64,000 nt of DNA from the human T2T-CHM13v2.0 reference genome, Homo sapiens, in NCBI GenBank assembly GCA_009914755.4, contig CP068257.2, positions 23,648,001 to 23,712,000 on the forward strand, written 5' to 3'. The notes under the pieces were generated by a model. That model saw only the letters and a program-made list of their open reading frames with translations. It was not told the DNA's origin and made no database searches. Of the stretch, positions 27,150-44,774 are shown in pieces. Both the position numbers and the translations under genes were made by a program. Numbering within the stretch: the first letter of the stretch is position 1; the number at the start of each line of letters is the position of its first letter.

Positions 27150-28959
27150 TAAATAAACCTAGAAACAAGTTGCATATAATGCCATCTTTAATATATCAGA
27201 ATAGGTTTTATTATATGTATTGCTTTGATTTTAATTCGCATTTTCTAATAATAAACAGTTCAGAGCATGATTATTTTGGAGAAAGTGCTGTTCCTATTTC
27301 AGACTGTTTGGAAGAGACTTATATTTAATTCACTATAATATTTCTAAATTCTTCTTGTGGTGGTTTTAGCCCCATGGTATGTTATGATTTCCTGGACCCA
27401 CAAGATGGGGAGGCATTTCTTTTGTCAATGTTGTTTCCTGTGAGAATAATTCATTTTTAAAGAAAAATATAATTTATTTATCAAAATTCAGACTGCTATT
27501 GCTGCACATTACCTGCAAATATTTTATGAGGTTTGGGTTTTTTTTTTTAACTTTGAAAACTCATAACTTGTTTCAGTAAGGGTGAAAGCTTTGACTGAAA
27601 GATGAAAATAACAATGACAGTCTCACACAAAGTGTCAAAAAGGGTTTCAACTTGAGGGAATATTGGTGGTTTGGTGACATCCATCTTAGTATATATTTCT
27701 AGAACAGTGAATATCATATTGTTCCACTTGCCAAAATGTCATGAATTTAAAGCTGGTCTCAGAAAATACCATCAATGCTGACTGTGAAATTTCCTGTGAC
27801 TTAAGTGGAAGAACAATATTACATGCTCTCTTTTGTGCAAGAACTGTTATTATTAAAGCAATTTAAATCAAAGTCAGTTTTTCTGGGTCAGCCATATAGT
27901 TGGAATGCCTGATTACAAACTCCAAACTTGTTGAGGCAATGAAGACACTTAAAGAGAGTTCAAGAAAAACAGCTTCTTATAAATGACTTTTTAAAATCTG
28001 ATTTAGCACCCCCATCCAAGATAATCATAGTTCAAGATATTTCCATATATAAGATGAGCATTAGAACAAGATAGTGATGGCAGTATTAGCAATGCATTCA
28101 CTGTGAAAATAAACTGGTAGTGAAGTGATCACAGCAGAAAGTAATGAACATGAATAAGAATACCATTTGGAAGGGGTAACATACTGGGACTCAAGCAACT
28201 TAGCATTGTTTGGACAAGATAACCTTGATAGCTACTTCCTGCCTTTCGGTTCCATGATTCTCTGATTATCAGAAAACTCTCATCATACATTTCAGGATGC
28301 ATGAGGAAATGACAGAAAAATTATTTACATTTTTGAGGAAATGCTTTTTATAGCTGATATCTTTTTAAATTATTTGCTTGCATTTTCTTTCTTCTTTTTT
28401 TTTTTTTGAGGGGCTTAATATAACAAAGATTTATTTCTTCCTCATGTAGATATTCGTTACACGTTGTTTGGGACTCCATGCCATATAATCACACCTGGGA
28501 CACGTTCGGTCAATTGAGGATTCTTCTCCATGTCATTTTCACTGTGGGAGCCAACCTGACAAAGCAGCTTGAATGTGGAAAAACTCAAACTGTGTTTCTC
28601 CCACTATTATTTGTATTTTCTTTATACGTATTTTCACCCAATATTTTGTTTCTTAGAGTATTTAAGTGCCCAGTTCTTATTAATGTGAATAATTTTACAA
28701 AAACATAAGTCAAATAAGGCTGTGCTATTATAATGATTTGATGTCTGACATTATTATCCAAGTGTTTATGATCTCATTTCCCTGGATATAGATGTCATTG
28801 TTGGGAAATTAATCAACAAAGACACCCTTACTCTTCTTCCTCTTCGTGTGTGTACACAGAAGTCTCAGAACTCTATGAAACATCTAGTTTCTCTCTGCCT
28901 TATAAGCAAATAAAACAAAACTTAAACTTTATATTGATAGTTGTTTACATGGTTTAGAA

Positions 28960-30670
<1,711 letters not shown>

Positions 30671-31389
30671 TGAGAACAGAAATTTGAAACCTTCTGCTTT
30701 AGAGCAATGTGGAATTTTCTATCAGCAAAGGAATTGTGAGAAGTTTTTAGAGCATTAGTTGCACAACTAAAACAATTTCCTTCCTATTCGCTTAGGCAAG
30801 TACCCAAGACATATATTCCTTCCCCTTGTGCATTTAGATTTTAAAAATAAAAGTCTTTCCATTAGCATTGATCAACTCAGGCATCTCTTCTCCATAAACT
30901 ATTCCAATGAGTCTCTGCTCAACTAACCAGCTTCTCTCTATTGGAAAAATGATTCACTATTGGGAGAAAGACACTTACAGGAACAAATTGAATCACAGGT
31001 TTCTAGAGATGCTTTCCAAAGACCATGTTATGACATTTTAGTGCTTGCTAAGCAGTAAATACTGACTTACTTTCCTGCTACACTCTTCAGAGCAGAAAGA
31101 GAAATCTACAAAAAGGGCAATGTAGTTGGGATCCACCACAGCCTTGAGACTGGGCCATGTTTCTACAGCTTACCCACATTTTACCCCCACTTTCTCTGAG
31201 AAACAATGCAAACTGGAGAACAAGGTCAGAGAAGTTATCTTGGATGGTAGAAGAGAAGAAAGGAGAAGAAAGGATAAGCAGAAAATCAAAAAGGGCATAA
31301 AAAAATTACTGGGGAAAATAATTCTTAGTCACTCACCATTTCTTATGTTTGTGAAAACAGAAACGAGGAGCAAGTGTTGTTGTAAGAAT

Positions 31390-31680
31390 TGTTCTTGCCC
31401 CTCCCCCTCCACCACCCACATCTGTCAAGCTATCCCTGTTTCACTGTTTCCTCTGCACTCTCTATTAACTTCTTTGTCCTCCTCTTTTCTTTTCCTACAG
31501 CAAAGACTTTTTGTCATGTTTTGTTTCTTTTTCTATTGTTTCTTTCCCTTTTCTAATCCTTGAAGACTATCTTTTCCCCTTCTCTTTTCCATTTATCTCC
31601 TTGACCTTTCAAATCTTTTTTATTCTTTAGTCTCCTAATGCATTTTCTTCTCCCATTTTTCCCTTTCTATACTATGCAAA
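31390..31680 (+). repeat. About 290 bp polypyrimidine (CT-rich) tract on the plus strand
   Basis: The tract reads ccctccccctccaccacccacatctgtcaagctatccctgtttcactgtttcctctgcactctctattaacttctttgtcctcctcttttcttttcctacag...ttttcttctcccatttttccctttctatac. The preceding purine-rich run is at 31250-31330. Confidence 0.8.
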
Positions 31681-32091
31681 TGGTGTTTAATTAATCAAAA
31701 GCAATATATCTGAAATTTCCAAACTTGAAACATGAGACCAGTAGGACCGACAGATTTGTAATCTCAAGGTACTCCGAGGTCACAACATTTTGAAATTGTG
31801 TTTTCTTTTAAATAAAAATCTAGAATACATAAAACATACAATACAATACATACATACATACAATACAAACATCTTCTAGATGATCCGGAATGGGTATCTT
31901 TTTTAAAAATTTCTACTGCTCCCTTTTAATGTTGCACTTTGTGTTCATATTTACAATTGTAGAAGTCTACATTAACGTCACATTATGTCATGTCATATTA
32001 TTAAAAAAAAAAGTTTCACAGTAGTTAATTGGGAGAATTGAATCATCACGTAATAACACAGACAAATCTAAATTTTAAAAAAACCTGTGCC

Positions 32092-32365
<274 letters not shown>

Positions 32366-32448
32366 TCAATTTGTATCGCTTTAAAACAGTGAACTAGCAT
32401 AAGTATAGTAGTAAATATAGGCTGTTGTTCTGTTCCTAACTCCAATAA

Positions 32449-32823
<375 letters not shown>

Positions 32824-32861
32824 TAAAATAAATTTCAATGACTTATCAAGAATCTCCTTCC

Positions 32862-33166
<305 letters not shown>

Positions 33167-33789
33167 AGTCTCCTTCCTAAAACTGACAATCAAGGAATTT
33201 TCTTCATCAAAATTTTTGTCAAGAATATATCCCATTGGTCTTTCTCTTTGAGTACTGAGTGAAATTCTAGTCGGCTGACTTCCAGAAGAAAACTATCAGG
33301 ATAGAGCAGGTAGATTCTGGTGAGAAGTAACACTCAGAGAAAGGAAGACATACAATGTGATTAAACCTTTAGCAGCTTTTGGCCTGGGGCCAGATGCAGT
33401 CCCTGTGGAACACAGGACAACAGAGGAAACTACGGAAAAAAACAGTATGTTCTAATGTGGAGAAGCAGAACACAATCTAAGGAAAGCACAGCTGCTGGAA
33501 GGAGTGGAAGAATCTTAGAAGGTACAGAGTCAGAAAGAGAATACTCATATTTGTCTGCCATGTCAGTCTCTGGCAACTCGTGACCCAAAACGTGCAAAAC
33601 AGACTCAAAGCAGCTCAGCTACAGACAGAAGATCTTATCTGAGACCAGGGCTGCCGCTCAAGTGTTTGCAGTTCAAATCCAATCAATGTAATATCTTCAG
33701 AAGCAATGGGAAGGACACTCATCCGAGAAACGTAACAGAATCCAGTGTTTCTGTTCTTACACTCAAAATGTCCAGTATATAATCTTTCA

Positions 33790-36050
33790 GAATTATGAAG
33801 AACTAAGAAAATGGAACACATTCTCAAAACAAAATCTAATGTTTTCAATCTCAAAATAACTCATGTTAGAACTAGTGGACAAGAATTTTAAAGTAGCTGT
33901 TATAATTCCCTTAATGAAGTAAAATAAAATATGTTTGCAATAAATGAAGGATAGAAAATTGTAGCAGAGAAATAAAAACAATAAAAAAGAGCAAAAGAAA
34001 TTCCATAAACAAAATATACAATATCTGAAATAAAAATTTTACTGCAGGGACATAGTATTCAAATGGGGATGACAGAAGAAAGAATAATTAAACTTACAGA
34101 CAGATCAATAGAAATTACACAATGCGAAAAAGAGAAAACAGGATGAAAAATAATGGACACTTTCTTACTGACCTATGGGATAATATCAAATGCTCAAACA
34201 TATGTCTAACAGGAAATCTAGAAGAAAAAAGGAGAAGGAATATGAAAAAATATGTAAAGAAATAATGGCCAAAAATTTCTCAAATTTAAAGTAAAACAAA
34301 TTTACATATTCAAGATATTTAATGAGCCCTGAGTACATTAAACACAAAGCCATACTGAGACGTATTATAATTAACCAGTTGGGTAGAAGTAATTTTGAAA
34401 ATGGAATGAGAAAAGCAATGAGAAAGCAGAAAAGGAAAAACACATTACAGAGAAGGAGAGTAATTCAATGTTATGGAATTGTGGAAGCCAAAAGCAAATA
34501 GAATGAAGTCTTCAAAGTGTTCACAGAAAAAAAGCCTGTCAACTAGAATTCTACATCCAATGAAAATATAGTTCAAAAATAAAGGCAGAACTTAACAAAG
34601 AATGAAATCCTGCCATTTGTAACAACATGGATGGGCCTGGAGGGCATTATGCTAAGTGAAATAAACCAGACATAGAAAGACAAATACCGCATGATCTCAT
34701 TTATACATGGAATCTACAACAGTCTAACACAGAGAAGCAGAGAGTAGAATTGTGGTTGCCAGGGGCTCGGGGAAGGAGGAAATGAGGCAGTGTTGATCCA
34801 AAGGTAAAAAGTTCCATTCACGCGAAAGAAAAAAGTTCTGGAGATCTACCATAAAACGCAGGGTCTATGATTAACAAACGGTATTGTATTATATTCTTAA
34901 AATGTGCTAAGAGGATAGATCTTATGTAACCTTATTACAAAAGGGGAAAAAGAAAACAAAGTGGGCAGATGGAAACTTTGGAGTTGATGTATAAGTTTAT
35001 GGCATTGTTGGTGATGATATTTGATGGTTTTACAAGTGTGTCCTTATCTCCAAACAATCAAGTTTTATATATTAAATATCTATAGCTTTTCATATGGCAA
35101 TCGTACCTCAGTAAGTCATTTTTAAAAAAGAATAAAGGCAGAATAAAAACATTTTATAGAAAATAAAAGATTATTGCCAGCAGATCTGTTAAGAAATGAC
35201 AAAGGAAGGTTCAGAATGAAAGGAAATGAAACCATATGGAAACTCAAACGCTGAGAAAGGAATATAGAACATGGGAAATGGTATCTGGGTTAACGAAAAA
35301 AGTTTGTTTTGCTTTATTTCTCTTAATTTCTTTATAATACATATAATTGCTTAAACCAAACATTATAATATTTTCTTAAAGGATTTATAACATGTTAAAA
35401 TGCAATATATATAACAACTACAGAATAAAAACTGGGGAGGGAGTCTGATATGGACCTATATGATTTCAAGGTTTCCACATTATGTAAAGTAACATTAACT
35501 GTAAGTAGATTGTTAAGGATATATATTGTAACCTCTATTTCCACCACTTAAAAAGTGACAGAAGACACATAGCTGGAAGGTCAACAGAAAAATCAAAATG
35601 GATTTCTGACATTTCTAAATAATAAAAAGGCAGGAAAAAATAGAAGGAAAAACAAAGTAGATAAATAAAAAAAATAAAGTAGCTGTATTAATGCCATATA
35701 ACAGAGATTTCAAGTCAAAAGTTATTACTAGTGACAAAGAAGCTATTTCATAGAAGTAAAAGGATCAATTCATTAAAAAGACATGATTAAAAAGTGTATG
35801 TTTTTAATATCACAGCAGGAACATACAAAAGTGAAATTTAACAAATTAAAGGGAGACATAGACAAATCCACAGAGTTGGCGATTTGTTAAATTTCTCTGT
35901 TAGCAATTGATAGATCAGCTAGAAATCAGCAAAGATACCGAAGATATGACTAACACTCTCAAGCATATTGACCAGAATATTTGTGGCTAAATTTACATTT
36001 TCAGGATAAAGGATGATATATCAGAATCAGGTCTTAATGGTGGTCATATT
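33790..36050 (+). mobile_element. Old LINE-1 (L1M-type) fragments: an ORF1-like segment, an L1M 3' end, then a segment with ORF1-end and ORF2 endonuclease homology
   Basis: ORF1-like text at 33960-34560 includes aaaaaagagcaaaagaaattccataaacaaaatatacaatatctgaaataaaaattttactgcagggacatagtattcaaatggggatgacagaagaaagaataa. 3' end motifs at 34590-34780 are gaatgaaatcctgccatttgtaacaacatggatgggcctggagggcattatgctaagtgaaataaaccagacatagaaagacaaataccgcatgatctcatttatacatggaatctacaa...gagtagaattgtggttgccaggggctcgg. At 35880-35990 the frame SLLAIDRSARNQQRYRRYD.HSQAY.PEYLWLNLHF aligns to the L1 ORF2 EN block TPLSxxDRxxRQKINKxxxDLNxTxxQxDLxDIYRxxHPxxxEYTFF. Boundaries and fragment count are approximate. Confidence 0.7.
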
Positions 36051-37048
36051 AATTTGTAATTGTTTATTTCTAAGTATATCAATAGATTATATATTTCTAC
36101 TCTAGTATTTCAAAAGCATCCAAAGCATTTTCAAGAATTAGAAATTGTCCATTCTAACAAATGAAGCATAGATGATACCATAACTGTCATTCCACATATT
36201 ACAGAGAGCAGTTTGGAATGTGCGCTCTGAGGCCAAGTGTACTTAAGTTAAGTCCCATCTCTGGCCCTTCTTAGTTACACAGCTTGGGTGTATCACTTAA
36301 TCTCCCATGATTCTTCACTTTCTCTTCTGAAAATGGAGATAATGATAGCCTCTATCTCACAGAGTTAAGCAAGAATATTAAAATCAAACTGTTATCGTGG
36401 TCACTGTGTCATTATCAAAAATGGAAGCCAAATTTGCTTTGCATCTCAGTAAATAAATGAATTTTCGTTTGAAAAGTGCAAATAAATCAAACTTGAGATG
36501 ATCACAAGGAGCCTCTTAACACTGTTGAAACCACTGGAGGTTTATCCTGCAAAGCTATTTAGATTAAATCTGAAAAGTTCAAATCTTTACACCAAAGCTG
36601 AACCCCATATGGTTCAGGAGTCTTTGCCTGAAAATACATATGCTTAAGTAGAGTTTTCAATTTGTTTCTTTTTGAAATTCGTACAGTTTCCCCTCAATTG
36701 CACCCAAATGTTTTTCATTTCCTTCTCCAGGTTGACAAAGAATATTGATTTTGGTCATAACAGAATTCTCTCCAGAGAGGTCAGAGAGGTTCTTGTTGAT
36801 ACTGTCTGATTTAAATTTCATTTAAGCTGCTTGTTTTTTTAGGCATTAAATAAAAGAAATTATCTATAGCCAGGAAGAGGGTGTAAAAAGGTGACACAAG
36901 TTAAGACCACCTGCCTCCTGACAGAACTGAAGTTTAAAGTGGATTTTTTCTTTGAGTAGACTTTCAATCAAGTAATATCCAGTTTTAAAATAACTTATCC
37001 AAAATCTTTGATATTTTTCATTATGTTTTCCAAAATTGACAAACGTTA

Positions 37049-37155
37049 GAGTATAAGAGTTTAGGTAGAATTATTTAGAGTTAGAGTTAGGTACAATTAT
37101 TTAGACTTAGAGTACAAAAGTTAGAGTACAAAAGTTAGAATACAAAAGTTTAGGT
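37049..37155. repeat. Compound minisatellite with two interleaved motifs of about 14 bp and about 22 bp
   Basis: The order is gtttaggtagaattatttagag, ttagagttaggtacaattatttagac, ttagagtacaaaag, ttagagtacaaaag, ttagaatacaaaag, tttaggtacaattattt. Confidence 0.85.
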
Positions 37156-37699
37156 ACAATTATTTCCTTTGATACTAATTCAAAAAGTCTTCTTGAATAA
37201 GATACGTTTTGTTAACATTTTTCTTTTCTAGTGTTTTCTTATTGTAATGCACTCATGAAAGAGAAATATTCAACTTAAACTTTCAGAGGAAAAAAAAGCT
37301 TAAACAAATATGATCAATCTTTATGTGTGTCAAGAAGCCTCTTAAAATTACCTTTAAGCCATATGAAAAAGACGAACTATACAAATACTTGTTTCTCATT
37401 TCAAATAAACTTGTTTAACAAACTCATTTTATTGTTTATTTTCTCAATCATGATGTTTGATTGATTTAATTTGCATGTCCATTTCATAAAGCATGAGTGT
37501 TCATACTGAAACAATGCTTACCAAGGACAAAGAGCATTTTCTCATCATAACTGGTGAACTCCCACCATAAAGCCAAAAATGAAGGAAACTGAGATCTAAA
37601 AATCAGGTATCATTAAAATAATAACAGAGTAAGAGAGCTTCCTATGATATGTAAAAATGTAACATACTTTTTTCTTAAAATTACTTTAAAAATACTCCT

Positions 37700-37993
37700 G
37701 GCTGGGCACGGTGACTCACGCCTGTAATCCCAGCACTTTGCGAGGCCGAGGCAGTGAATCATGAAATTAGGAGTTCAAGACCAGCCTGGCCAATATGGTG
37801 AAACCCCGTCTCTATTAAAAATACAAAAAATTAGCTGGGCATAGTGGTGGGCGCCTGTAATCCCATCTACTCAGGAGGCTGAACCAGGAGAATCACTTGA
37901 ACCTGGGGGCGGAGGTTGCAGTGAGCTGCCGCGCCGCTGCACTGCAGCCCGGGCAACGGAGCGAGACTCCGTCTCAAAAAAAAAAAAAAAAAA
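37700..37993 (+). mobile_element. Alu SINE, full length, plus orientation, with a long A-tail
   Basis: Landmarks are ggctgggcacggtgactcacgcctgtaatcccagcactttgcgaggccgaggcagtgaatcatgaaattaggagttcaagaccagcctggccaatatggtgaaaccccgtctc and ...cagcccgggcaacggagcgagactccgtctcaaaaaaaaaaaaaaaaaa. Confidence 0.92.
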
Positions 37994-40702
37994 CTCGTAT
38001 TTCAACATCAAACATGTCATGTATTAGCTTTCAGGGAAATGGTTGTGTTGAAGATGAAGGTTCAGCTTCACTTACAATGGCAGAGTTTGGTGTCTATGCA
38101 AAATGCCACATAGATTTGTCTTTTTAAATAATTTCAAAACTGTTTACGATTTGATTTGTACTGCCATCTAAATCCATAGCAATTATTCCACAATCAATTA
38201 TAATAATGAAAGAAAACTGTGAAATGTAGATGAACATGAACATAGCTTCAAATGCTGTAGGTAATTACAGAAACTACGTAAGTGAAGATAAAATGCTTCT
38301 GCTGTCATTTACTCATGATTAGCTATTAAAACATCCCGCTAGGTGTTACCCAAATATTGCAATGGGTACTTGCCAAGTCAAGACTAAGCTATCTCTAATA
38401 GTGGCTCACATATGTTAATAAAAAGCCTAAGAGTAAAACCTACACTTGTAAACTGAAAGGGATTTATATTTTATTTCAGTGTGTAGTATATATTAATATT
38501 AATTTATGTTAATTATTAATATGTTAATTTAAGAAGGCAAAGAAAAGTTACCATTTACTAAGAATTTTATTAAATCTTAGTTCTCCTTAAATGAGAAAGG
38601 ATGTCAAATAGCCATGCTGAATTACTTTAAAGTAAAAGACTCATCTCCCTGCACCAGTAATGTACTTTGTTCCATCCTAGATTTCACAGGCTAAACTGAT
38701 TAGCAGCTCACCAGGAACTGTGAGAATTATTCAAAAGAACTAGAAGAGAGAAAACTCGATGTTGTGAGAAGGTCACATAAAGAACAATGAATTATACTTA
38801 GGAACTTTGCATCCTAGAGCTCATAAAATGAAAAAAAACTCCATTGCTTTTTCTCTCAGCTCAGTGAGGGGGATACTTTATCAAACATTTCTGAAAGTAA
38901 GACATCCTGCTGGCTTTATTTTATTAAACAAGGAATAAAACACATTGCTTTATTAGAGTTGTTTCAAGAATGCATCAAAGCTGTGGGCTCTCAAGACAGA
39001 AATCAAAGACTAAAAAAAAAATCGCATCTGCTGTATATTCCCCCAAAAAATATATTTGACTATAATTAATGTAGAATTGAAAGACAACTTGTAGAAATAT
39101 GAAGAAATCACGTGCCAAAGTGATTATACATTTAACTTTCCCATAACCATAACATCATGATATCCTGGCCATGGAGAAGTTTATCTTCCTCATTATATAA
39201 TGGTATGATAATTGTTGAGAAATAACATCTGGGAAATTTAAGAGCTCTCAATGAATCATATACTCAATCTGGGTGACTTTTCCCATTGGAATTTATCAGA
39301 TTACACCTATATCTGAATCATCATTTTATTCAGCTGGGTTACAAATGTGACTTCAAGCAAGAATGATTTCAGTCCCATTTTCTCTCTGAAAAAGTAAAGA
39401 GTTCTGAGCAGGCAGCAGATCACACATCGGGCTGTGTGCTGCTCTGAAGACTTGGAGAGACTGCCAGATTGTGGGTCCCAGAGGCAAAATTAATTCACTC
39501 CCACAGCCATGGCTGCTCAAGTATTTCCCTGGCTTGTGGTCCTGCCTAGTCTCTTCCCAATCCCACCCTGGTGAGGCTGAAGCCATGTGTGGGGATTCTC
39601 ATCTCCCATTTTGTTAGCTCATCTCTATCAGACATATTTTTCAATTTGGCATATAAAAAGATAATAAAATAAAAAGAGAAATAAGTAGTTCATACTTTTT
39701 ACCTCTATCTCTGTAACCTTAGGACAGTGATCATGGTATGGTTATAAATACTCCATTAGTAGGCCAGGCAATGCAATGTCACAGTGAAGAATATATGCTC
39801 TGAATTTACACAGATCTTAGAATCTTCTCTGTCACTTACCAACTATATTTGAAGCAAGTACATTAACTGCTCTGTGCTCAGTTTCTTAACTTGCAAAATG
39901 AGGATAATGAGGGTACCTAATTTAAAGTGTTGAGAGTTAAATGAGAATGTTAGTAAAATTCTAAAAAGAATGTTTGCACACACTAAATGTTCAATAAATG
40001 TTAGTCATTATTATCATTATTATTAATTATTATGATAATGATAGTCAAAGGCTAATATATGAATATCAATATTACTAGGTAGGAAACTGAGGTTAAAAGT
40101 CTTCAAGAAAAAGTCAATGTGTCAAGGAGATGACTGAGAAAAAGAAATACAACAATAATGGGGACAGAAACAAAGAAAAAAGAAAGAAAAACTGTAAGAA
40201 AGGTCATAGGTTACATGGCTAAAAATATTCCAACTCAAAAATTTCAGTTACAGTTCTTAGATTTCCACTCTGAGGCCAAAACATACCAACCAACTCTTCG
40301 GATAGTCGATCCACTCAGTTATTCAGCACACAGCCACTTCATCTTGTTTAAGGCCATCAAAAGAATGAGCTAGAGGGATTAGAATCTAAAGTAGAGCACT
40401 GCCTCTTGTGAATTACATTCAGAGGAATAAGAACCATGGAAGAGTAGGCATGGATTGACAAGACCTTCTGGCCAAATGAAAACCCTGAGTAGAAAAAAAG
40501 AGTAACAGTACAAAAATAAATAAATAAAATTTTAAAGAAGTTGAAGAGAGTGAAAACAAAAACAAATAAGCAAACAAGGTCAGAGGGACAGGGCAAAAGA
40601 TCACAGTGTCCCCCCTGGTATTCTGTTGTTTGAAGAATTGAAGACAAGCAGGTTGCATCAGAAAGGGGAGAGTATTTTTTTCCCACGAAGTATAATAAAT
40701 GC

Positions 40703-40756
40703 CTCAAACTTCTGGGCTCAAGCGATCCACTTGCCTCAGCCTTGCAAGTAGCTGTC
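40703..40756 (-). mobile_element. Short Alu-derived fragment (about 55 bp)
   Basis: The fragment cttctgggctcaagcgatccacttgcctcagccttgcaagtagctg resembles the reverse complement of the Alu left-monomer region ctcctgggttcaagcgattctcctgcctcagcctcccgagtagctg. Confidence 0.5.
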
Positions 40757-41849
40757 ATTCTGAGGGGCTTCAAAAAACAAAGAAAGTGTGACCTATCTAC
40801 TCAACACTACCAACTAACTCTTCCTTAGACTCAGACTCCAACAATCAAAAAGTAGGCTGATACAACTTCTGCTAAATTTATCTGCTCCTACTGCTCCCAT
40901 GATAATGTCTTCTATGTTATACTTTCTTTAATTTTCACCACTGATTCATTGCCTTTATTCATAAACTTACTACTACCTGATATTAAAAAATGAATATGTA
41001 TTTACAAATCAAATAAGTTCAATTAAAGAGTATAATGACTACATGTCATATGCCAATGTTGAACTATGGATGTTTCAACACTTCAAATGGGCCAGCAGCC
41101 TCTACATAGCCTCAAACACCTTTAGCAGATGAACTTTAAAACCCACTAGGAAGTAGAGATGAGTCCTGATTTGGACTGTGCACTTTCCCTTTTGAACAAC
41201 AGCACTGAATTCAGGCTTGTGAACAATACCTGCCAGCAAAGTCATGAGCTAGTAGCCAACTGAAGTCCTATCTTTGGGCCCCACTGAATCATGAGGGAGG
41301 CACAGAATGTTCTATATCCCATTAGCCACATGGGCTATTTCAAGTGCAGAAGCAACAAAGGGTATGTGGCAAACACAACCTCAAAAATGCATCCAACCAG
41401 TTATGCCAATAACAAACTATCACAAATCTCAACTGCTATCTCTGCAAATTCAATAGACTGACTCTAGTCACACAATCCAGCAATGAATGATTCCGTCAGC
41501 ATGGTAACAACAATGCCTTAAATTTGTAAAGCTCTTCATGGTAACTCATTTTCCCAAATCTCCTTTGATTCTCATTCTTGAGATGACATGTAAGCAGTGA
41601 AGCTTTTCTTAAACTTCTAAATTCATTATTTCCTTATTTAATTTTCATTCCAACTTGGAGTTTTACAAAACCATATGGTCATCTCAATCCAAGGTAGCTA
41701 GCATTAGCCTATGCCTCAAGTTACGATTGACAATAATTTGCTTCATGTCAGATTTCACTTCACTAAAGCAGGACTACAAAGAGCTATATTTACTATATGA
41801 CCAGAAAAATTTAAAGTCATTGCAACCTTTAAAAAATTATAGTTATGAT

Positions 41850-42303
<454 letters not shown>

Positions 42304-44774
42304 CTACATCACTGTGATGTTTGAAAACAATAAGCATATTATCTCAAACCATTTTACATTTAATGACACTAAGAAACAAGTAAAGAAATGCTGAAATCTT
42401 GAACTAGGATCATGTTCATTACAAAAATGTCAATCACTGGGTGAAAAGTGTGGTTCTCCAGGCAGATGTTTAGAACCCTCAACAGAATGAACTTTTAGGA
42501 CAGGATTTTGGACAACTTTGTGTCTTTACATCAACCATTGAGTATGAAAACATCTATTGACCTATAGCCTAACTTGGAAATACAAGAGTTCACACAAATA
42601 TACGACCCCGGTAAGTTGGATAGGCTTGAAAGCTTAGGAGGCAAAATAAATAAAATGGAGTAATTATAGGGACAAATGCTTTATCTCCCACTGCCAACCA
42701 AAAACAAATTTATAAATTGTAGGAGGAAATGTCAATTAAGGTAGTGTCTATCTCCCACTCTGCACATAGTTTTTTATACAACAATGAGCAGCGGATGTGA
42801 ATGGAAAATGCATGCTGCACAGAAAGAACGGGCATCCAGCAGAAGGGCTGCTCCCAAAAGAAAAAAAAATTGTAGAAACAATACCATGGTAAATGCTTAA
42901 AAAATATTTTGCTTTCTGCCTCTTCTTTTCTCATTCCTGCTACCTCCCACTTCCACCTCTCATACCAACATCTTCATCAGCTTTTGTTTTCATTTTGTGT
43001 AACAAAAGCCAGGGAAGAATAGTGGAAATTGTTATGTAAATGCAAAAAAATGTTCATTTTCAATTAGAGGTGACATTACCCTCCAAATTCCAACTGGATC
43101 TGATTCAAAAAGCAAGAGAAGAAGGGGAGAAAGGAGCTTAATTGAAATATAAAATTGAGAGAGGATATAAATTGTACCTTTTCTTTTCAACAAGGGCTGA
43201 ATTTACATTTTTTAAAAGTCAAAACAGCTAACATTTTGGCAAACAAGCTGTTTCTGTTTTTGCTCAACTATCATGAAAAGCAATGCAGAGCAGAAGTTGC
43301 TTTCTGTATAAAATATGGTAGATTGAAAAATGTTTACAATCCAAAGGCATATTCTGAAACTACCATGATATAGAGTCACATAACCTGGAGTTAAGGATCC
43401 TACATTCCCCTCTCTACTCTGCTGCTATCATTGACTCAGATTCTTCTATATTGCTAAACTAGTCTCCTAGTTTACAAGCTAGTCATCCTTTAAAGTTCCA
43501 TTGATTCTGACAGGCCATGAACAAAGACAATGTCTTTTCTGCTTCCTTTATAAGAGGCAGTATAACTTAGTGGTTCAGGTCTCTTACCTTACAGCTCAGG
43601 ATGTCAATGCTTCTATTTATTCCAATCACTTATTAGCTGTATAGTCTTAGACACACCTATCCCTCATGTATTCATCTGTAGAATCAAAAACATTATTATA
43701 TGATGTTACATGTAAGGGTCATATAAGCAAAGTTACCCCCAGATGCATAAGGAGCCAAGAAACCAAAGAATGAAGCAAACAAATCTAGTTTGTTAGTAAA
43801 TGCTGATTTATTAGGTAAACTTACAGACAGAAGTGGTCTTGGGTGGCCGCAAGACAGGTTGATTTCTGTACTGAAAGACCTCAGACCCAGGACTTATATC
43901 TCAAGGAAACAGCATATGTTCTCTGGAAGGAATGTGTAAGTAACTGCTGTGGGCATCACAGCCTACAATGTATGCAACATCAAAGTTTGTTTCGGAGGAA
44001 AGCCAAAACTTACAGTGAATAGGTATTTCTACACAAAGAGTAATATATTAACTAGACATTTCGGAGGCATTCCTGAACTTGGGGTTTGTTAGGAGTCACA
44101 TGATGGATTCTCATCTTAAACTGAATCACTCTTGTCCCCATATACAGACTTAATTATCCATAAGATAATTTAAAAATTAGTGAATAGCTTCGATATGCCA
44201 AAAGCTGCTCTAAGCACTGGAAATACTGTGATCAAAAAGAACGCAAGTCCTTGACCTGTAAACTTAGATTCTAATTAACAAAGAAGGAAACAAGATAATT
44301 TTCATGATGAGATATGTGCTATGAGTAAAATCAAAGGAATGATGTGTAAAAAAGTGACTGAGTGAGGAAGGCGTTGTAGATGGCATGGTCAGAGATGACA
44401 TCTAAAAGGAAGTGACACTTGATACCTGACAAATGGTTTGTGGAAGCCAGCCAAGCCTAGAACCTAGAAGAGAGTATTTTAGGCAGGTGGATCATAAGGT
44501 ACAAAGGTCCCAGGGGTTGTAGGAACTTGACTTTTAGAAAAATACAAAAGGCCAGAGCAAAATAAGCGATGGAACAAATAGTGGGTAAGATGGCCCAAGC
44601 CCTCAGCCTGGGCAGTGGAGACTGGGCTGGAGGTAGACTGTGCTTGAAAAGCTTAGGGACTTATGTGGATGTCCTCTATTTCCCTCTCTCCATGCTTCTC
44701 CTTCCTACTTTGTGACCAGGAGGCTGACTTCCACTCCAATGAAAGGATCCTTTTCACTTGGGTTCAGCCAGTAT

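Noticed and set aside
31126-31563. 145-aa ORF, the longest non-transposon ORF in the track
   Set aside because: The product is low-complexity (a lysine/arginine run, then an S/F/L/P-rich tail). It lies over a polypyrimidine tract and has no recognisable domain, so it is an artefact of composition.
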